Assembly (NCBI RefSeq): GCF_009914755.1
Contig: NC_060946.1
Strand: one strand, 5' to 3'
DNA length: 64,000 nucleotides
Source: the human T2T-CHM13v2.0 reference genome, Homo sapiens
A program made the position numbers and the translations under genes. The notes beneath the pieces are model-generated. The model did no database searches and was not told the DNA's origin. It saw only the letters and a program-made list of their open reading frames with translations. This document shows positions 41,625-55,686 of this stretch, in pieces. Numbering within the stretch: position 1 is the stretch's first letter; every line of letters starts with the position of its first letter.

Positions 41625-44600
41625 CTAAACCCACTGAGCAGAATCAGGGTCCTGGGAAAACACCAGGCTGTGGTCAAGGGTCTCAGGCTTCAGCCCCAGT
41701 CCAGCCACGGGCCAGTGGGGAGGCCGGGAGTCAAGCATCATACTGGCTGCTTCTCCCTGACTCTATGCTCCTTTCTGGCGCTAGGCTAGCATCCAGTGAG
41801 CCTTACCCATCCTGGTATTTTGCTCACAAAGGTGAGCAAGTCCAAAGGCACCGAGTCCACGTGAGCCCTAGGTTCCTACAGACTCAGGAGTTTCTCCTGG
41901 GGAAAGTTGTCAGAAGGAGGCAACCACACTTCTGAGAGCTGCCTAGCAATTCTGAACTCCCTGTGACCCTCAATCAGAGCGATTTGTTGAGCAAACAATA
42001 GCAGGTGATTAATAAAAGATGTAAGAGAAGGACCTGTCTTCTCGTGGTTAATTGCCTCTCACCTTTCCAAGACAATCCAGCACATTCCCTGTTGTGTCCC
42101 CTGAGAAACGGGGCTCCTTCCCAGAGAGGCAGGTGTGAAACCCAGGGCTCCAAGTGTGTTTCCAGCAATGTTAAAATGTTCTAGCCACTCCTTGGTGTTG
42201 GTTGGCATGAAAAGGTGCCCTCTCAGATGGTGAGAGCATGTCTGTGTGCATGGGTGAGGCACACAGATAGCTGTGGCGTGTCTTATTTCTTCAAATCCTC
42301 CCTAATTCTTTTCATGTCAAAGCCCATTCAGGTAGTGCTAGAGGCAGCAGAAGCCACTGTGTGGTTGGAACAAGGAGTGGCTCCAGTCACTGCAGGGAGT
42401 GGGCAGGTGTTATGTCCCAGCTGTGGCCGCAGCAGCATCACGAAGGGGCCGCCTTCCAAGTCAAACCAGAGATGGGTCTCTGAGAACAGCTGTGACAGCC
42501 ACCTTCCCTCATGTCTTCACCCATCCCCAGCCATACCTTGTTATTTTTTACATTCATCTCTCCATGTATTCACAGTTTTACAAAGGAGCCCACGGAACCC
42601 AACCCAGTCTGGGAAATAGGCGTGATGCCCCGCAGGAGGTGGTGAGGGAAGGTGGGGCCAGGTGCTCCAGGTTAGAGTGGCTGGGGATGGTAAGCGTGGG
42701 AGGCAGAGGGGGAGGCACCAGGAGCCTTTCACTTAGAGATGACGAAGGGAGAAGGAAAAGACCCATCCAGAATCCAATTATGTTAACTCATCTCTGCTAT
42801 TGATCCTACATTCCAGGCCTGGGAAAAAACCCCAAAACCTAATTACTGCACCGCTAATGACTGAGATGACAAATCGAGGAGCCTCCAGGCTGCTGATGGT
42901 AAGAATTTAAGGCTCTGAGTCTCTGTGGGGGAGGGTGCCCTGGGCTCTGTCACTTAAGGAGGGCTTCTCTCCTGGCTTTGCGGGTCACTCAGCACACACC
43001 AAATGCCTCTGGGCACCTGAAAGCCCACGCATGATTCCTACCGCGTTGGTTTTCTTCATTTCCACCTGTAGATGTTGGAGCCAGTTGATTCCAGAGGTTC
43101 TCGTTCTGAGGAAGGGTATTTGCTGGCCTCTTCTCCCAAGCCCAGAGAAAGACAGCAGGCTTTCCATGGAAAAGACGCCAATGAAATCAGTTAGGGCCCC
43201 TGTCTTCCGGAAGCCTTGGGAGGTGGTGCTGGCCATCTGCGGCTGTTGTCCTGAGCACCTCTGGAGAGGCAGCTGGAGTGACAGCCATATCGCCGCTGCG
43301 ATCTGCTGATATAATTACATAGAGAATGCATTTAATGCTTCAGTGGGCAACTTGGTATAACAGTTTAATTTTTCACTGAAATCTAAATTTGCTCCCAGAC
43401 TGTATATTTTTCTATCATATTAGATAATCAATCAGAGCAGAAATCCAATTTTAACTCCATCAACACCCCTCTGGAGAAAGTTACACAGTGAGCGCCCTCT
43501 GGTCTAGGCTGCTCGAGGCTGGCGTGTGAGCCCACACTGGGATGTGCAGATGAGGAGTGGTCCCTTGGCTGACCGAGGCCTCCCCAGGAAGAGACTGGCT
43601 GTGGTTCCCCAGGAGCTGAGGCCACTGGCTGGGTGGAGGGTGGGGGCTGCCAGCTGTCCACGGTGCTGGGGGTCCCCCCCTGTCCCCTCATGGCCATAAG
43701 GAAGAGGCCAGGCTGCAGAGAAGTGGCCAGACAAAGCAGTGACCTCAGGGTCTTCCAGAGACCTTCCTGCTGCTTCTTGGGCATTGGACGATTCTAGTGT
43801 TTTTCATGCGAAGCAGACGGGGCCTTTGGACCTTCTGTGGACAGGGGTTCTGGAAAACCCCTGCCCACATGTAGACAGACTTGTGTCCCCAAACCACGTT
43901 CTGATCTTGGCCCTGCTTCTTCCCCATGGAGTCAGTGAGAGGCTGGGACTTCAATTCTTCTCTCCTGCCTTCCCTGCGGCACAGGGCAGCCTGCTTCATG
44001 GCCACAGGCCTGTGGTTGGTGACTGAAGAGGCAGAAGACAGGGCGTGGGTGGGTGGTCTCTGCCTGGTGGCATGCAGGTTGGTGGGAAGGCCATGTCACT
44101 CGGGTGGGCTGGGGGCAGCTGGTCCAGCTGTCTCAGGCAGGGCCACCACTCTGGGCAGGCTGTGTTCCTGAGGGGCCAGCTCACCGCCACCGTCACCTGC
44201 AGACACCAGACAGCATGTGGGAGTCTCCGTCTGCTTCAGAACGAGCCCCTGACAGACGGCAGGGACAAGCCCCCCGGGGTGGGGGCACCCACAAGCACAC
44301 ACAGTCCCCAGCCTCGCACCAGCCTGGACTTTACTGGAACAGGGCAGCCACGTTTGGAGGCCCCAGGTCTGCACCCTCCTAAGGCTGGGACCGCAATTGC
44401 CATACCCAGAAATCACAGACTCCAAAGAGGCATTCCATCCATGAATGGGGGTTTTTATTCTATAAACAGGAAGGACTCACTAACTGGGCCACATGAGAGA
44501 GAGCCTGCTGGGATTGGGATTTGCAAAAAAATTTGTTTTTTTGGACAACTGAAAAGCAACCCGTTGTTATCACAGGCGGCGTGGGCAGGGCCTGGAGGGC

Positions 44601-45084
44601 ATCAGGGGTCTCCTTGCTCAGGAGGTCCTGAGTGGGCGAGTGGACCTTGCCGTCCATCACCCGCACATCCACCTCACAGCGGGGAGGGTGTCAGAAAGAG
44701 GACGACGCCAGCGTTCGTGCCTTTAGGATTTCCAGGCCACGGTTGTCTGTGGAAGGGTCTAGAATGGCGTCTTCTCTGAGGGGTGCACATGTTAGCAGGC
44801 GTCTCTCTTGCCTTCCCGGCCAGCAGGCTCTCTGAGGTCACCACCGCAGCTGCACGCCTTGGCATCCTGACCTCGGGCTTCTCTGTGACTTGAGCAGCTC
44901 GGCCTCTGCAGATGCACGGGATGAAGGGGAGGTACGCAGCCCGGCCCCCCGCCAGCACTGTCCTCCCTACATCTATTTCAGAGGACAATGTGCTCAGCTG
45001 TGTGCCAGGTTCAGACCCATGCCTGGGTGGCAGGAGGGGGAGACACAGCCCCCTTGGCCTTAGCCAGGAAGCGAGGTGATCGCC

Positions 45085-45650
45085 GTTAGGGCTGCAGAAG
45101 GAGACCAGAGGAGAGGCCCTCCCCTGGTGAGGTATTAACCATGTTTCCTTGTTTCTGTGTATGATGCATGGACCTGGGGGGATGGGGGCTGCTGATCAGG
45201 GAGGGACTGGGCACTCCAGCCCAGGTTAGCCTGTCCCAGAGCTGGCAAAGGACTCTCCTGTTATGCAAACCCCCCAACCCAGAGCCCACAGTCCACCTGC
45301 CTCCTGTAGCAGAGCCTACACCAGGTCCCTGCCCTCATCACCAGGGCCAGGTACCAACTAGGGGCAGCCCCCATGCTCTGGAGCCAGCTGGAATCATTCA
45401 AACTCCCCAGCTCTGAACCCATTCAGCCTGCTGCCCGGCCTGGTGCTTCTTCCCAGGAAGCCACAGGAAAGGTTCTGCCGCAGCTCCCCCAGCTCCCTCT
45501 GCCCGTGGCCACCCCGGAGCCTCCCGACGTGGCCCTGCCTGGTGTGGGTGCCTCATTCTCTGGATCTGTGAGTAATAAGTGATCTTTTCAGTGACAGCCA
45601 TCTCCTGACCTGTCGGCCTCACCATACCTGGATACAAATGTAACCTGCAG
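45085..45650 (+). mobile_element. ERVL LTR (MER74/MER73-like)
   Basis: 'cagggccaggtaccaactaggggcagcccc...attcaaact...ctgtgagtaa...catctcctgacctgtcggcctcaccatacctg'. Confidence 0.7.
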
Positions 45651-48212
45651 CCTAAAGCTGCTGCGTGGAGGGCGGTCCACTCTGTACCTGGCAGCCGGCT
45701 GTGCGAGTGCTGATGGGGTGGGGCAGGAGGTTGGCACCAGGGTTCTTTCCATCCTGTCCTCCGCAGATGTGCGGGCTTCACTCTTGGCACTCACGGTCCC
45801 ACTCAGGGCTCTGTAGGACGAGGCTTCCCTGGACTGCTCACCTCTGGTTCCAGCGTGGTGGATATTACATGGGGGCTCAGGCCCAGATGTGCGGTGATGC
45901 TGGCACTGCCAGGGGACACAGGGATGTCCCTGCCCCTCCAGGCTTCACCTCCAGGCAGCGTTCTTCTTGGCTGTGGCCCAGACACCCCCCACCCCGCCCC
46001 TGAGCTGAGGTGGGCCAGGCTGTGGTGGGGACTTGCCTGGCGGGGCCTCCAGGCAGGGGTTGGGCTGAAGCAGGCCGTAATGAAGGCCGGTGAGGCTGGT
46101 TCATGACCATTAGGGGCCGGCCAGAGGCTCCCCTAGGCAGGCTCCAAGAGGAAGCCCCCCTCTGTGATTTTTGCAGATTTTGATTGACATGGCCAGGTTA
46201 GGAGGCAGATGGATTTGTTTCTCTTCTTGCCCTGAAATCTGTCCACATTAGCCCCTCGCCTCGGCTGAGTGGCGCCGGCATGCACCTGGGCCCGGCTTCC
46301 AACCAAGGTCTCCCTGGCTTCTCGGGAGGCTGGGTTGGGGAGGGGAGGAGGGGACATCTGTCAGATGCATGGAGGGCTCCTCCCAGACCTCGGACCTGCA
46401 GCACGTGGGGGCAGAAACCTGGACAGGCCAGAAGCTCAGGGTTATAACAGGCTGCAGACCTGGCCATCACTGAGGGGCTGGCCCTGGTCACAGAGACCTC
46501 TGTGGACCTCAGTGTTCCCCTCCAGCAAAGGGTCATGGTGCAAGGGGGCCTTCCATTCATGGTCCTTCCCCAGCCCCAGGCCATCCCGAGGTTCACGGGC
46601 AGGAGAAGGGCTGGCAGGGCTCCCTGCAGCTCCCCCAGGAATGAGAAGATCCACTGAGCAGTGCCCGCCCTGTGTGCCCGCCCAGGCCCCAGATAGGGAG
46701 GGGCTGAGTTCCAGCTGCTCTCATCCCTGGTCGCCTCCCAGGAAGCCTGCCCAGGCCTAGTGCCTGTGGGGAGGCCTCCTCACATCCCACAGCCCCTTGC
46801 ATTTCAGCCGTGTGCTCTGCGAACAGGAGTGTGTGCCCTGAAGCAGGGGACATCAGAATGGCAGGTTAGGTTCCTGTTGGTGCTTGTGGGTTCAGAGTCT
46901 CCAGCCCCCTGGGCCTGTGGCCTGCTCCATGAGATGAGGGAGACCCCCTTCCATCCTTCCTTCTGCCAAGTGTCCTGAGTGTAAAGCTGCAAGCAGACGT
47001 CAAAGGGACTCAGAGGCAGAAGCTGGAACCCCCAGCTCACTGTGCTCAGGAGGCACCTACTAAGCCCAGCCTGGCTGCTGCTCCCCAAGAGCCAAGGGAA
47101 CCCCACGGCCACCCCAGCTGCAGGAACACTGCCTCTGTCTTCCAGTGGGAAGCCTGGCGGTCTAAGAACAGGGTCCGCTGTGGCCGAACATCGCCAAGTG
47201 TCCAAACTACCCGTGGGACTCACCCGGACACTGCCTGGCTCAGGTCCACACGTGGCTCCCTGTGCTCCGTCCTTGGGCAGCAAAGCCTGGACAACCGACG
47301 CAGAACAGTTCGACTGCCTGATCATGCCGCGGGCCTCCATTTCCCCAGCAGCAGACATGACCACCTCTGCTCAGTATTTCTCTGAGAAGGGGAAACTGAA
47401 GCCAAAACCTGTGTTCATGGACAGATGCACTATGGCTGGGATGCTGCAGGAGGGGGTCTCCCTTGGGCCCCGTGTGCCCACATGCCAGGGCTGGGCCCTC
47501 TGTGTTGAGTCTGTGCACCAAGAATGAACCCTGGCACCTTCCTGAACTGAAAGGATGGCAGGGAGGAGAGGGCACAGCCTGGGGAACCTGCTTTTCTCTG
47601 CTACCTCCTCCCCCAGTGGACACTGGAGACAGGCCCTCTGTGGCTGTGGCCCCCGCCCTGGCTAGGAGACAGAGCCAGGAAGGATGGAGCCGTGACCAGG
47701 CAGGGCTGGGACTCACACCCTGGAGGCATCCCATCTGCCCTGTAAGTGGGGACCAGGACCTCCCTCTGGCCAAGCACGCCTAGGAGAGTTGCGGGATCCA
47801 GCCACGCATGAAGGGGTGGGTGCCCGGGTGGATGTGAAGGAACTGGACACAGCGAGGCCGTCAGCCGTGGAGCTGCGGGTGTGGATGATGGTGGTGGGAC
47901 AGCAGCTCTGCTGAGACCATCTCAGGCCACACAAAGAAGGGGAGAGCCAGAGCCGGTCTCAGGGGCTGGGACTGTGTGGGGGGCAGGGTGACCTCAATGC
48001 TCTGGACCAGTGAGAGGTCCCCTTCCGGAGCCAGGGCTACAGTGGATGGATGTCCCTGTGCTCAGGGGATCCGGGAGGTGCAGCCCCCATGCCCTCAGCC
48101 CCACCTCAGTTTGCAGAAGTCAGTGACACAGACTTCTCTGCTCTAGGCTTTCCATTTGCTTCTGATGAGTCCATCTAAATGGTTTGGGAAAATAAGAAAA
48201 AAGGGGGGTTTG

Positions 48213-48519
48213 TTCTGTTTTGTTTTGTTTTTGAGAGACGGAGTCTTACTCTGTCGTCCAGGCTGGAGTACAATGGTGGGATCTCGGCTCACTGAAACCT
48301 CCACCTCCCAGATTCAAGTAATTCTCCTCCCTCAGTTTCCCAAGTAGCTGGCACTACAGGCACACACCACCACGCCCAGCTAAATTTTGCATTTTTTAGT
48401 AGAGATGAGGTTTCACTGTATGTTGGCCAGGATGATCTTGAACTCCTGACCCCAGGTGATCCCTGCGCCTCGGCCTCCCAAAGTGCTGAGATTATAGGCA
48501 TGAGCCACCGCGCCCAGCC
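48213..48519 (-). mobile_element. AluS (Sx/Sz-like)
   Basis: Full antisense dimer with degenerate TSD aaaaaaggg...tttg. Confidence 0.93.
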
Positions 48520-48609
48520 AAAAAAAAAGGGTTTTGTGAGCCACTGTCTCCTCATCCATACAGGAGGAAGACCCTCCCTACCTCCCACCCGAGGCTGCCT
48601 GAGATAAAG

Positions 48610-49740
<1,131 letters not shown>

Positions 49741-49878
49741 GAAAATAAAGAGAGGGAGAGATTTCTTGTGATGGAAGGATAACCCTAATGACATTCCTGA
49801 GTCCTAAAGAGCCTATGGCAGAGCCCAGCAGAGAGTTGTCCTGATCAGTTAATTGAAGAGGAAGGGAGTGTGCATCGG

Positions 49879-49880
<2 letters not shown>

Positions 49881-49909
<29 letters not shown>

Positions 49910-49921
49910 TGTGTGTGTGTG
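49881..49921. repeat. Interrupted (TG)n microsatellite
   Basis: Read directly. Confidence 0.95.
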
Positions 49922-50808
49922 AAGATGAAAGATCCTATCAAGCAAGTCTCGTGCAGTGTGGGAATGTGAAGGATGACCTGAGACCGGCTTTGGAAAAGGC
50001 CAAGGTTCCAATGAGCAGATCCCAAGACAGAGGAGAGAGTGTGGAGAAGAGGAGTCAGTGGCAGTGCTCCAGGACTGTGAGGAGTCCCCTGGATGATCGG
50101 GAGAGGACCCTCGGTGTGGATTTGGGGGTGTCGTGATAAAGATGCCATAGGTGCCGATGGAGAGAGAAGCAGGTAATCCTTCAGATGGACCGGGGATCCC
50201 AGGCATCACACCGCCTTCCCTGGATGCAGGAGGTGCTGGGGGCTCTGAGGGAAGGACCAGCAGCTGCACGTGCCATCTCACTTTGTGCTCTCCCCTCTCC
50301 TGACATTGCTGTTGGGTTGTTTAATAAATAGCTGAGCGAATGAATGAAGGAAGGAACAATGCCTGTCACTGGATTTCCTCCACACTCTGGGAGGACTTCC
50401 TGCCCTTTATCACCTGATGACATCTCAGACCCTGAGGGTTACAAAGACCAAGACCTCTCCCTCTCTGATTTGCTGGAAGGCCTCGACCCATCCTTAGCAT
50501 ACCCCTTAGCAGCTCAGAGAGCAGGCAGCTGGGCGGCCCAGGAACCTCTGAACTGAGCGGGGGCAAAGGCGGCCCCCCACAGGGGCAGCCTCTTCTCCAT
50601 CCCCCAGGCAGGGTCTCTTTCTGGACTCAGTATGCAGAGCCCAGCTCTCCTGGAAGACCATTTACAAAGAGCTTTGTATGGACATGGAAACCAAATGAGA
50701 ATTCCAGAGCCAGGCTCTCCCTAGCCGAATTCTTCCCTCCAGGCCTGTCCTGGGGCTATCGGGCTTGCCTCCTCTCCGCAGTATAGACAGCTGGTTCCGT
50801 GCTGCTCA

Positions 50809-50982
50809 CACCTGCTGGGCCCTCCTTGGTGGTGGCTCTCTGCACCTGCTGAGTCATCCTTGGCGGTGGCTCTCTGCACCTGCTGAGTCATCCTTCATGG
50901 TGGCGCTCTGCACCTGCGGAGTCATCCTTGGTAGTGGCTCTCTGCTCCTACTGGGTCCTCCTTGGTGGTGCCTGTCTGCACC
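50809..50982. repeat. 34-bp minisatellite, ~5 copies
   Basis: catccttggcggtggctctctgcacctgctgagt. Confidence 0.93.
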
Positions 50983-52169
50983 AACGGCATGGCTTCAGTC
51001 ATGCCAGCTCTGCCTTTCTTCAAGTGCTAGAGACACATTGAAAAGTTTTATGCAAAGCAATTTCTATCCTTCTATTGATAGGTCCATTATTTTCTGATAC
51101 TGGATCAGTATCCAGTATCACCACCACACCCCGCACTCCCCCACCACAGCTTCATCTTCAAGGAATATATAAATTTTAAATAAATATTTGCACCCACAGG
51201 ACAGCTGCCTTTGAAGGAAATCTATGAGTGCCCTCTTGAAGATACAGATTTTCTTGCTTCTTTACAAGTTGAATAATGTCCCCTACATGTATCTGCTTTG
51301 TTGATCCAGATTTTCATATATCATGTTTTCCTGTATGGCTTTAAGATAAGTAGTGTTCCTTATTCCTCCTTGAAGATAATGTTCTCAGAAGGAAATACAT
51401 CTTTGGAAGAAGTGGAATAATTTACAACCAGTTGGACGAAGACTTCAGTGCCTCATCCTTTTATGACCTAGACATGGGCTGAGAAAGAGGGTCTTACTGA
51501 GGACACAGTGTGCCTCGGTGGGGATCCCTGCTCTGGAGAGCAAGGGACATTCAACAGCAAGCACAATAATTATTCACATCTCCTTTATTTTTTAAAGGCT
51601 ATGCCTCATAGGTAACCCTGCCAAGCAAAACACTTGTCACCTCATTCAACCTGTCACCTCATTCAACAGACACATGGAGAGGCCCCACAATGTCCCCCAA
51701 CTGCCACTTGCTGGAGACCAGACCCTCAGCCTCCCTGCTTCTGCTGGGCATCCCTCTGCTCAGGGGAGCATCTTGAGGCTATACAGGTCTCAGGTGCAGC
51801 TGGCAGCAAAGAGACATAGGAGGAGGTTGTTGAACCCACCCTGCAATGTCCAAGGTCCAGGTTAAACCCTGAGAGTGGGTGAGTGTGTCTGGTCCTGTGA
51901 CTCAGTTTCCCTACCTGTAAAACAGAGCTTCAACGAGATGAACGATAGTCCTGAGCATAACAGTCCACAGGGGCCCACGAGCCGCTTCTGCGTCCCAAGC
52001 CCTCGTTTCTGCATCCTGTCTTCACTCTGCTCACCTCTGAATGAACCCCATGGTCCCCTGGAGGACCTAGGTGAAGAAATACCCTAAACACCTCCCCAGG
52101 CATCGAGCTCATGCCTCCAGCACAAGGCCTGGGGCTGTAACGCAGGGAGCTGGGCTCCAGCTTGAATGC

Positions 52170-52300
52170 TGTTCTTTCTTTCTTTCTTTTTTTTTAAAAG
52201 GGGTGAAATCCACATAACACAAAGTGAACCACTTTAAAGTGAACACTTTCATGGCGTGTGGTACATTCACAGATTCATGGATGCTCGTCTTCTATACCTG
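52170..52300 (-). mobile_element. L1MB 3' terminal fragment
   Basis: T tail then 'gtgaaatccacataacacaaagtgaaccactttaaagtgaac...gtacattcaca'. Confidence 0.7.
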
Positions 52301-52419
52301 AGCTACATCCTGCCTGTCACAATTCCATAGGAAGTAAAAGCCAGCCACTTTCTGTAAATGGGATCTTAAGCAGAACTCTAACACTGTGCACAGAAAGTGT
52401 GACTGTGCTGGGTTCGAGG

Positions 52420-52816
52420 GAGACAGGGTCTGGTCTGTGTCCCCAGCCGAATCTCATGACAAATTGTAATTCCCAGCGTGAAGGGAGGGACCTGGTGGGA
52501 GGTGATGGGATCATGGGGAAGGATTTTCCCCTCGCTGTTCTCATGATAGGGAGTGCGTTCTCGTGAGATCTGGTGGTTTAAAATTGTGTAGTGCTTCCCC
52601 TCCTTTCTCTGTCTCTCTCCCGCTCGACCGTGTGAGGGCCTTGCCCACTCCCCCTTCACCTGCGTCATGATTGTAAGTTTCCTGAGGCCTCCCCAGCCAC
52701 GCCTCCTGCAAAGCCTGTGAACCTTTGAGCCAATTAAACCTCTTTTCTTTATAAACTACGCAGTCTCAACTAAAGAAAGGCAGTTCTTTATAGCAATGTG
52801 AGAAGGGACTAATACG
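52420..52816 (+). mobile_element. MSTA solo LTR
   Basis: 'ctgtgtcccc...aatctcatg...aattgtaattccca...catgattgtaagtttcctgaggcctccccagcc...aattaaacctcttttctttataaa...gactaatac'. Confidence 0.92.
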
Positions 52817-53574
52817 GAGAAGGGCCACCTGTCCTTTCAAAGGCCCCGCCCAGGACCCTTTGAAACCAGAGCGTCCAGGTGCCCTCTCGGATGTTTTCTC
52901 ATCTCGGGAGTCCTGTGGTTTTAACGTTCTTTTACGATCACACCTCTAGAGAGTGCTGATTCCCTGGATACCACAGGACCTCCCTGAGGCGTCCAGGACA
53001 GAGCAAGCTTAGATATTAGGCAGAGGTTCTAGGAGCTGTGCACCCCTGCACCCCTGGACCAGAGAGTCTGGGTGAGGAAGTGGGGGCGGGATGTGGGGCC
53101 TGATCTCTGGGCTGCTGACCACAGAAAGGGCTCACACCGGGAAGTGGACTTGGGCCTGTCCAGGGCAGTTCCGGGGCAGAAATGGGAGCTGGAGATGTTT
53201 GTGGCTGTTCCCGTGAGGATGCTCCAGCCCCAGGAGGCCGTCGGGGAGAGGCCGGTGCTGTGTGGAACCACACATGTGTGAGCCAGTCAGGAGACTGCTG
53301 TGTCAGTCAGGAAAGGCCAACACAGTGCACTGTCCTCACACTGGGAGGACCGGCTTCCCACCCCACTCCAGGGCTTTGTGGTAAGCCTGACGCACCCCAC
53401 TCGAGGGCTGCCTGGTAAGCCTGATGCCTTCGTCAGTTTGGGGAGAGGGGAAGATTTCTCCTCAATGGTGACTGAAGATGAGTGTCTTTGCTACGGTTTG
53501 TGATGTTTTTTGCCATCCCTAGGTCCTCAGCAATGGTGAGTCTACTCTCAGGCCAGACACCATTGTCCCCCCAC

Positions 53575-53752
53575 CCCACAAACCACACAGGCACACACAC
53601 ACACACCAGCACATGCACATACACACAAGAGCACACGCTCACACATGCACACAATGCACACATGCACACATGTGACCAAACGCTCACAGATGCACACACA
53701 CACAGGCAGGCGTCCACACACATGCACACACACGCACATGCACACACACACG
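53575..53752. repeat. CA-rich low-complexity repeat
   Basis: Read directly. Confidence 0.9.
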
Positions 53753-55397
53753 CCTGGCCCTCAGTCTTGGATCAGGGCTGGCTGCCTGCGTGCTTGTCTT
53801 ATGAGGACACGCCCCTCTCATTGCTTCCCCTTCACTAATCATTTCCACTCCAGGCCTGCGTATCTTGTTCCTAGTGTCTGAAAATCCTATTTACTTCCAC
53901 AACCCCTGGCCGTATTCCAGGCCCCCATGAAGCATTTACTTCGCTCTGTTCCATGACCTGGATTACACTAGTTTCCAGCACAGAGCTTCAGGGCTGGGGA
54001 CTCATTTCTGAGTAGGTGCAAGAATCCACATACACTGAGGTGAGGGGGGCAGAGGCAAAGTCCCCTGAATCTCAGGTCACACACCTACCTAGCCGGGGAG
54101 ACCCTCCTGGACCTTAGAGCCAGACTCACCCTGGGTAAGGAGCCCCAGGCTCTGCCTCAGTGTGGTCATATCTGCTTATGCTCTATCCATGATGCCACGA
54201 GGAGCCTGTTGCTATGAGCCTGGGAAGCCTGAAGGTTCAGAGGGGATGGCCCAGGCCAGCATGGGGACATCATCTCATCCTGGAGGACCGCCAGGACAGT
54301 GCAAAGGGGCCTTGCAGCGCCCATCCCAGGAGGGCCAGGTCGGTGGGCACAGCGAGCTCACCCTCACGCGGGGCCCGGGGCGGCTGGTTCTCCCTGCAGC
54401 AGGCTTGTGTGTGTGACCGCAGAATCCTCCACATGGACCCATTTGACATTGGGCAGCTTGCGCTGGAAGGATTTCTTTCCAGGAAGAAACAGAGCACTGC
54501 CCTGCCCTCCTCTGCTTCCCAAAGACAGATGGGAGCCCTGGAAAGGGAGCCGGCATCGCCCCCAACCCTAGGGCTGGCGCAGGGGCCAGCAGCCAGCAGA
54601 AGAGCTTGATTGCTGTTCCCTGGATCTAAAAATGGATAAACAACCGTGAATGCCAGCGAGGTCCAAGCCATATTCATCACCATTACAGAGAGTAATTCGG
54701 CGTGTGCTTGTTAATCAATCACTGCTCTCCCTGGGTCTCCAGCCGGGCTGGGCCCCGAGAGTGGACGGCCATCACCAGCCCACGGGCCGCAGTCCAAGCA
54801 TGATGGATGGCAGCTGCTGCAGGCTCCAATCTGGAGCTGAGTGCTGGGGCTCAGGCTGGCTGCACACGGGCAGCCCTGCAAATGAGAGGGGGGAAACTGA
54901 GGCGGGCTCCTGGCAGGGCGTGAGGCATGCCCTCCCTCATGTGCTCTGTGTGTGACAGGGCAGGGGGTTGGGCAGTGCCACTGGGAGACCCACCTGCTTG
55001 GGGGCAGGGGAGGTGAGTGCTGGGAGGCACAGTGTGTGGGCCTCAGCGGCCTCATTCCACGACGTGTTCTTAATTAAAATAATCATGTGCTCCATGGACA
55101 CAGCAGCGTTTCAACAGGGGGTCACACCCATATGAGAGGTTGGAATTTGCTCAGCAGAGCAGGAGGAGAGGCGAAGAGAGCCAGGCCCAGCAGGTTAAGG
55201 AACGTGTCATTTTGGAAAGTGAGCACGTGAGCCTGTGGCAGGGGCGGCGTGGCCAGGTCACGTCTGGTTCCCATCTCAAATCCCCTCTGCCCCGTGGCAC
55301 CTGTGCCATAGACTTCTCGCTTTTCCTCTCCACCCTGAGGGCAGAGGTGCTGGGCACCTGCACGAACAGTGGCAGTGAACTCTCCCCTCCTGGTCCT

Positions 55398-55686
55398 CAC
55401 GGCCAGGCTGGCCCTTGGTGACCATCACTGGTGCCCCTTGATGACCATCACACACTGCTGTCCCCACGGCCAGGCTGACCCTTGGTGACCATCAGTGCTG
55501 CCCCTCGGTGACCATCACGCACTGCTGTCCCCACGGCCAGGCTGCCCCTCGGTAACCATCACACACTGCTGTCCCCACGGCCAGGCTGCCCCTCGGTGAC
55601 CACCACACACTGCTGTCCCCACGGCCAGGCTGACCCTCGGTGACCATCAGTGCTGCCCCTCAGTGACCATCACACGCTGCCATCCC
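55398..55686. repeat. Minisatellite, 5 units of 67 or 44 bp
   Basis: Short unit cacggccaggctgcccctcggtgaccatcacacactgctgtccc; long unit has a 23-bp internal duplication. Confidence 0.95.

Noticed and set aside
55398-55686. Repeat/spacer look suggesting a CRISPR array (also 22791-22994 and 50809-50982)
   Set aside because: Units are contiguous with no unique spacers, no cas genes, and the DNA is primate genomic.
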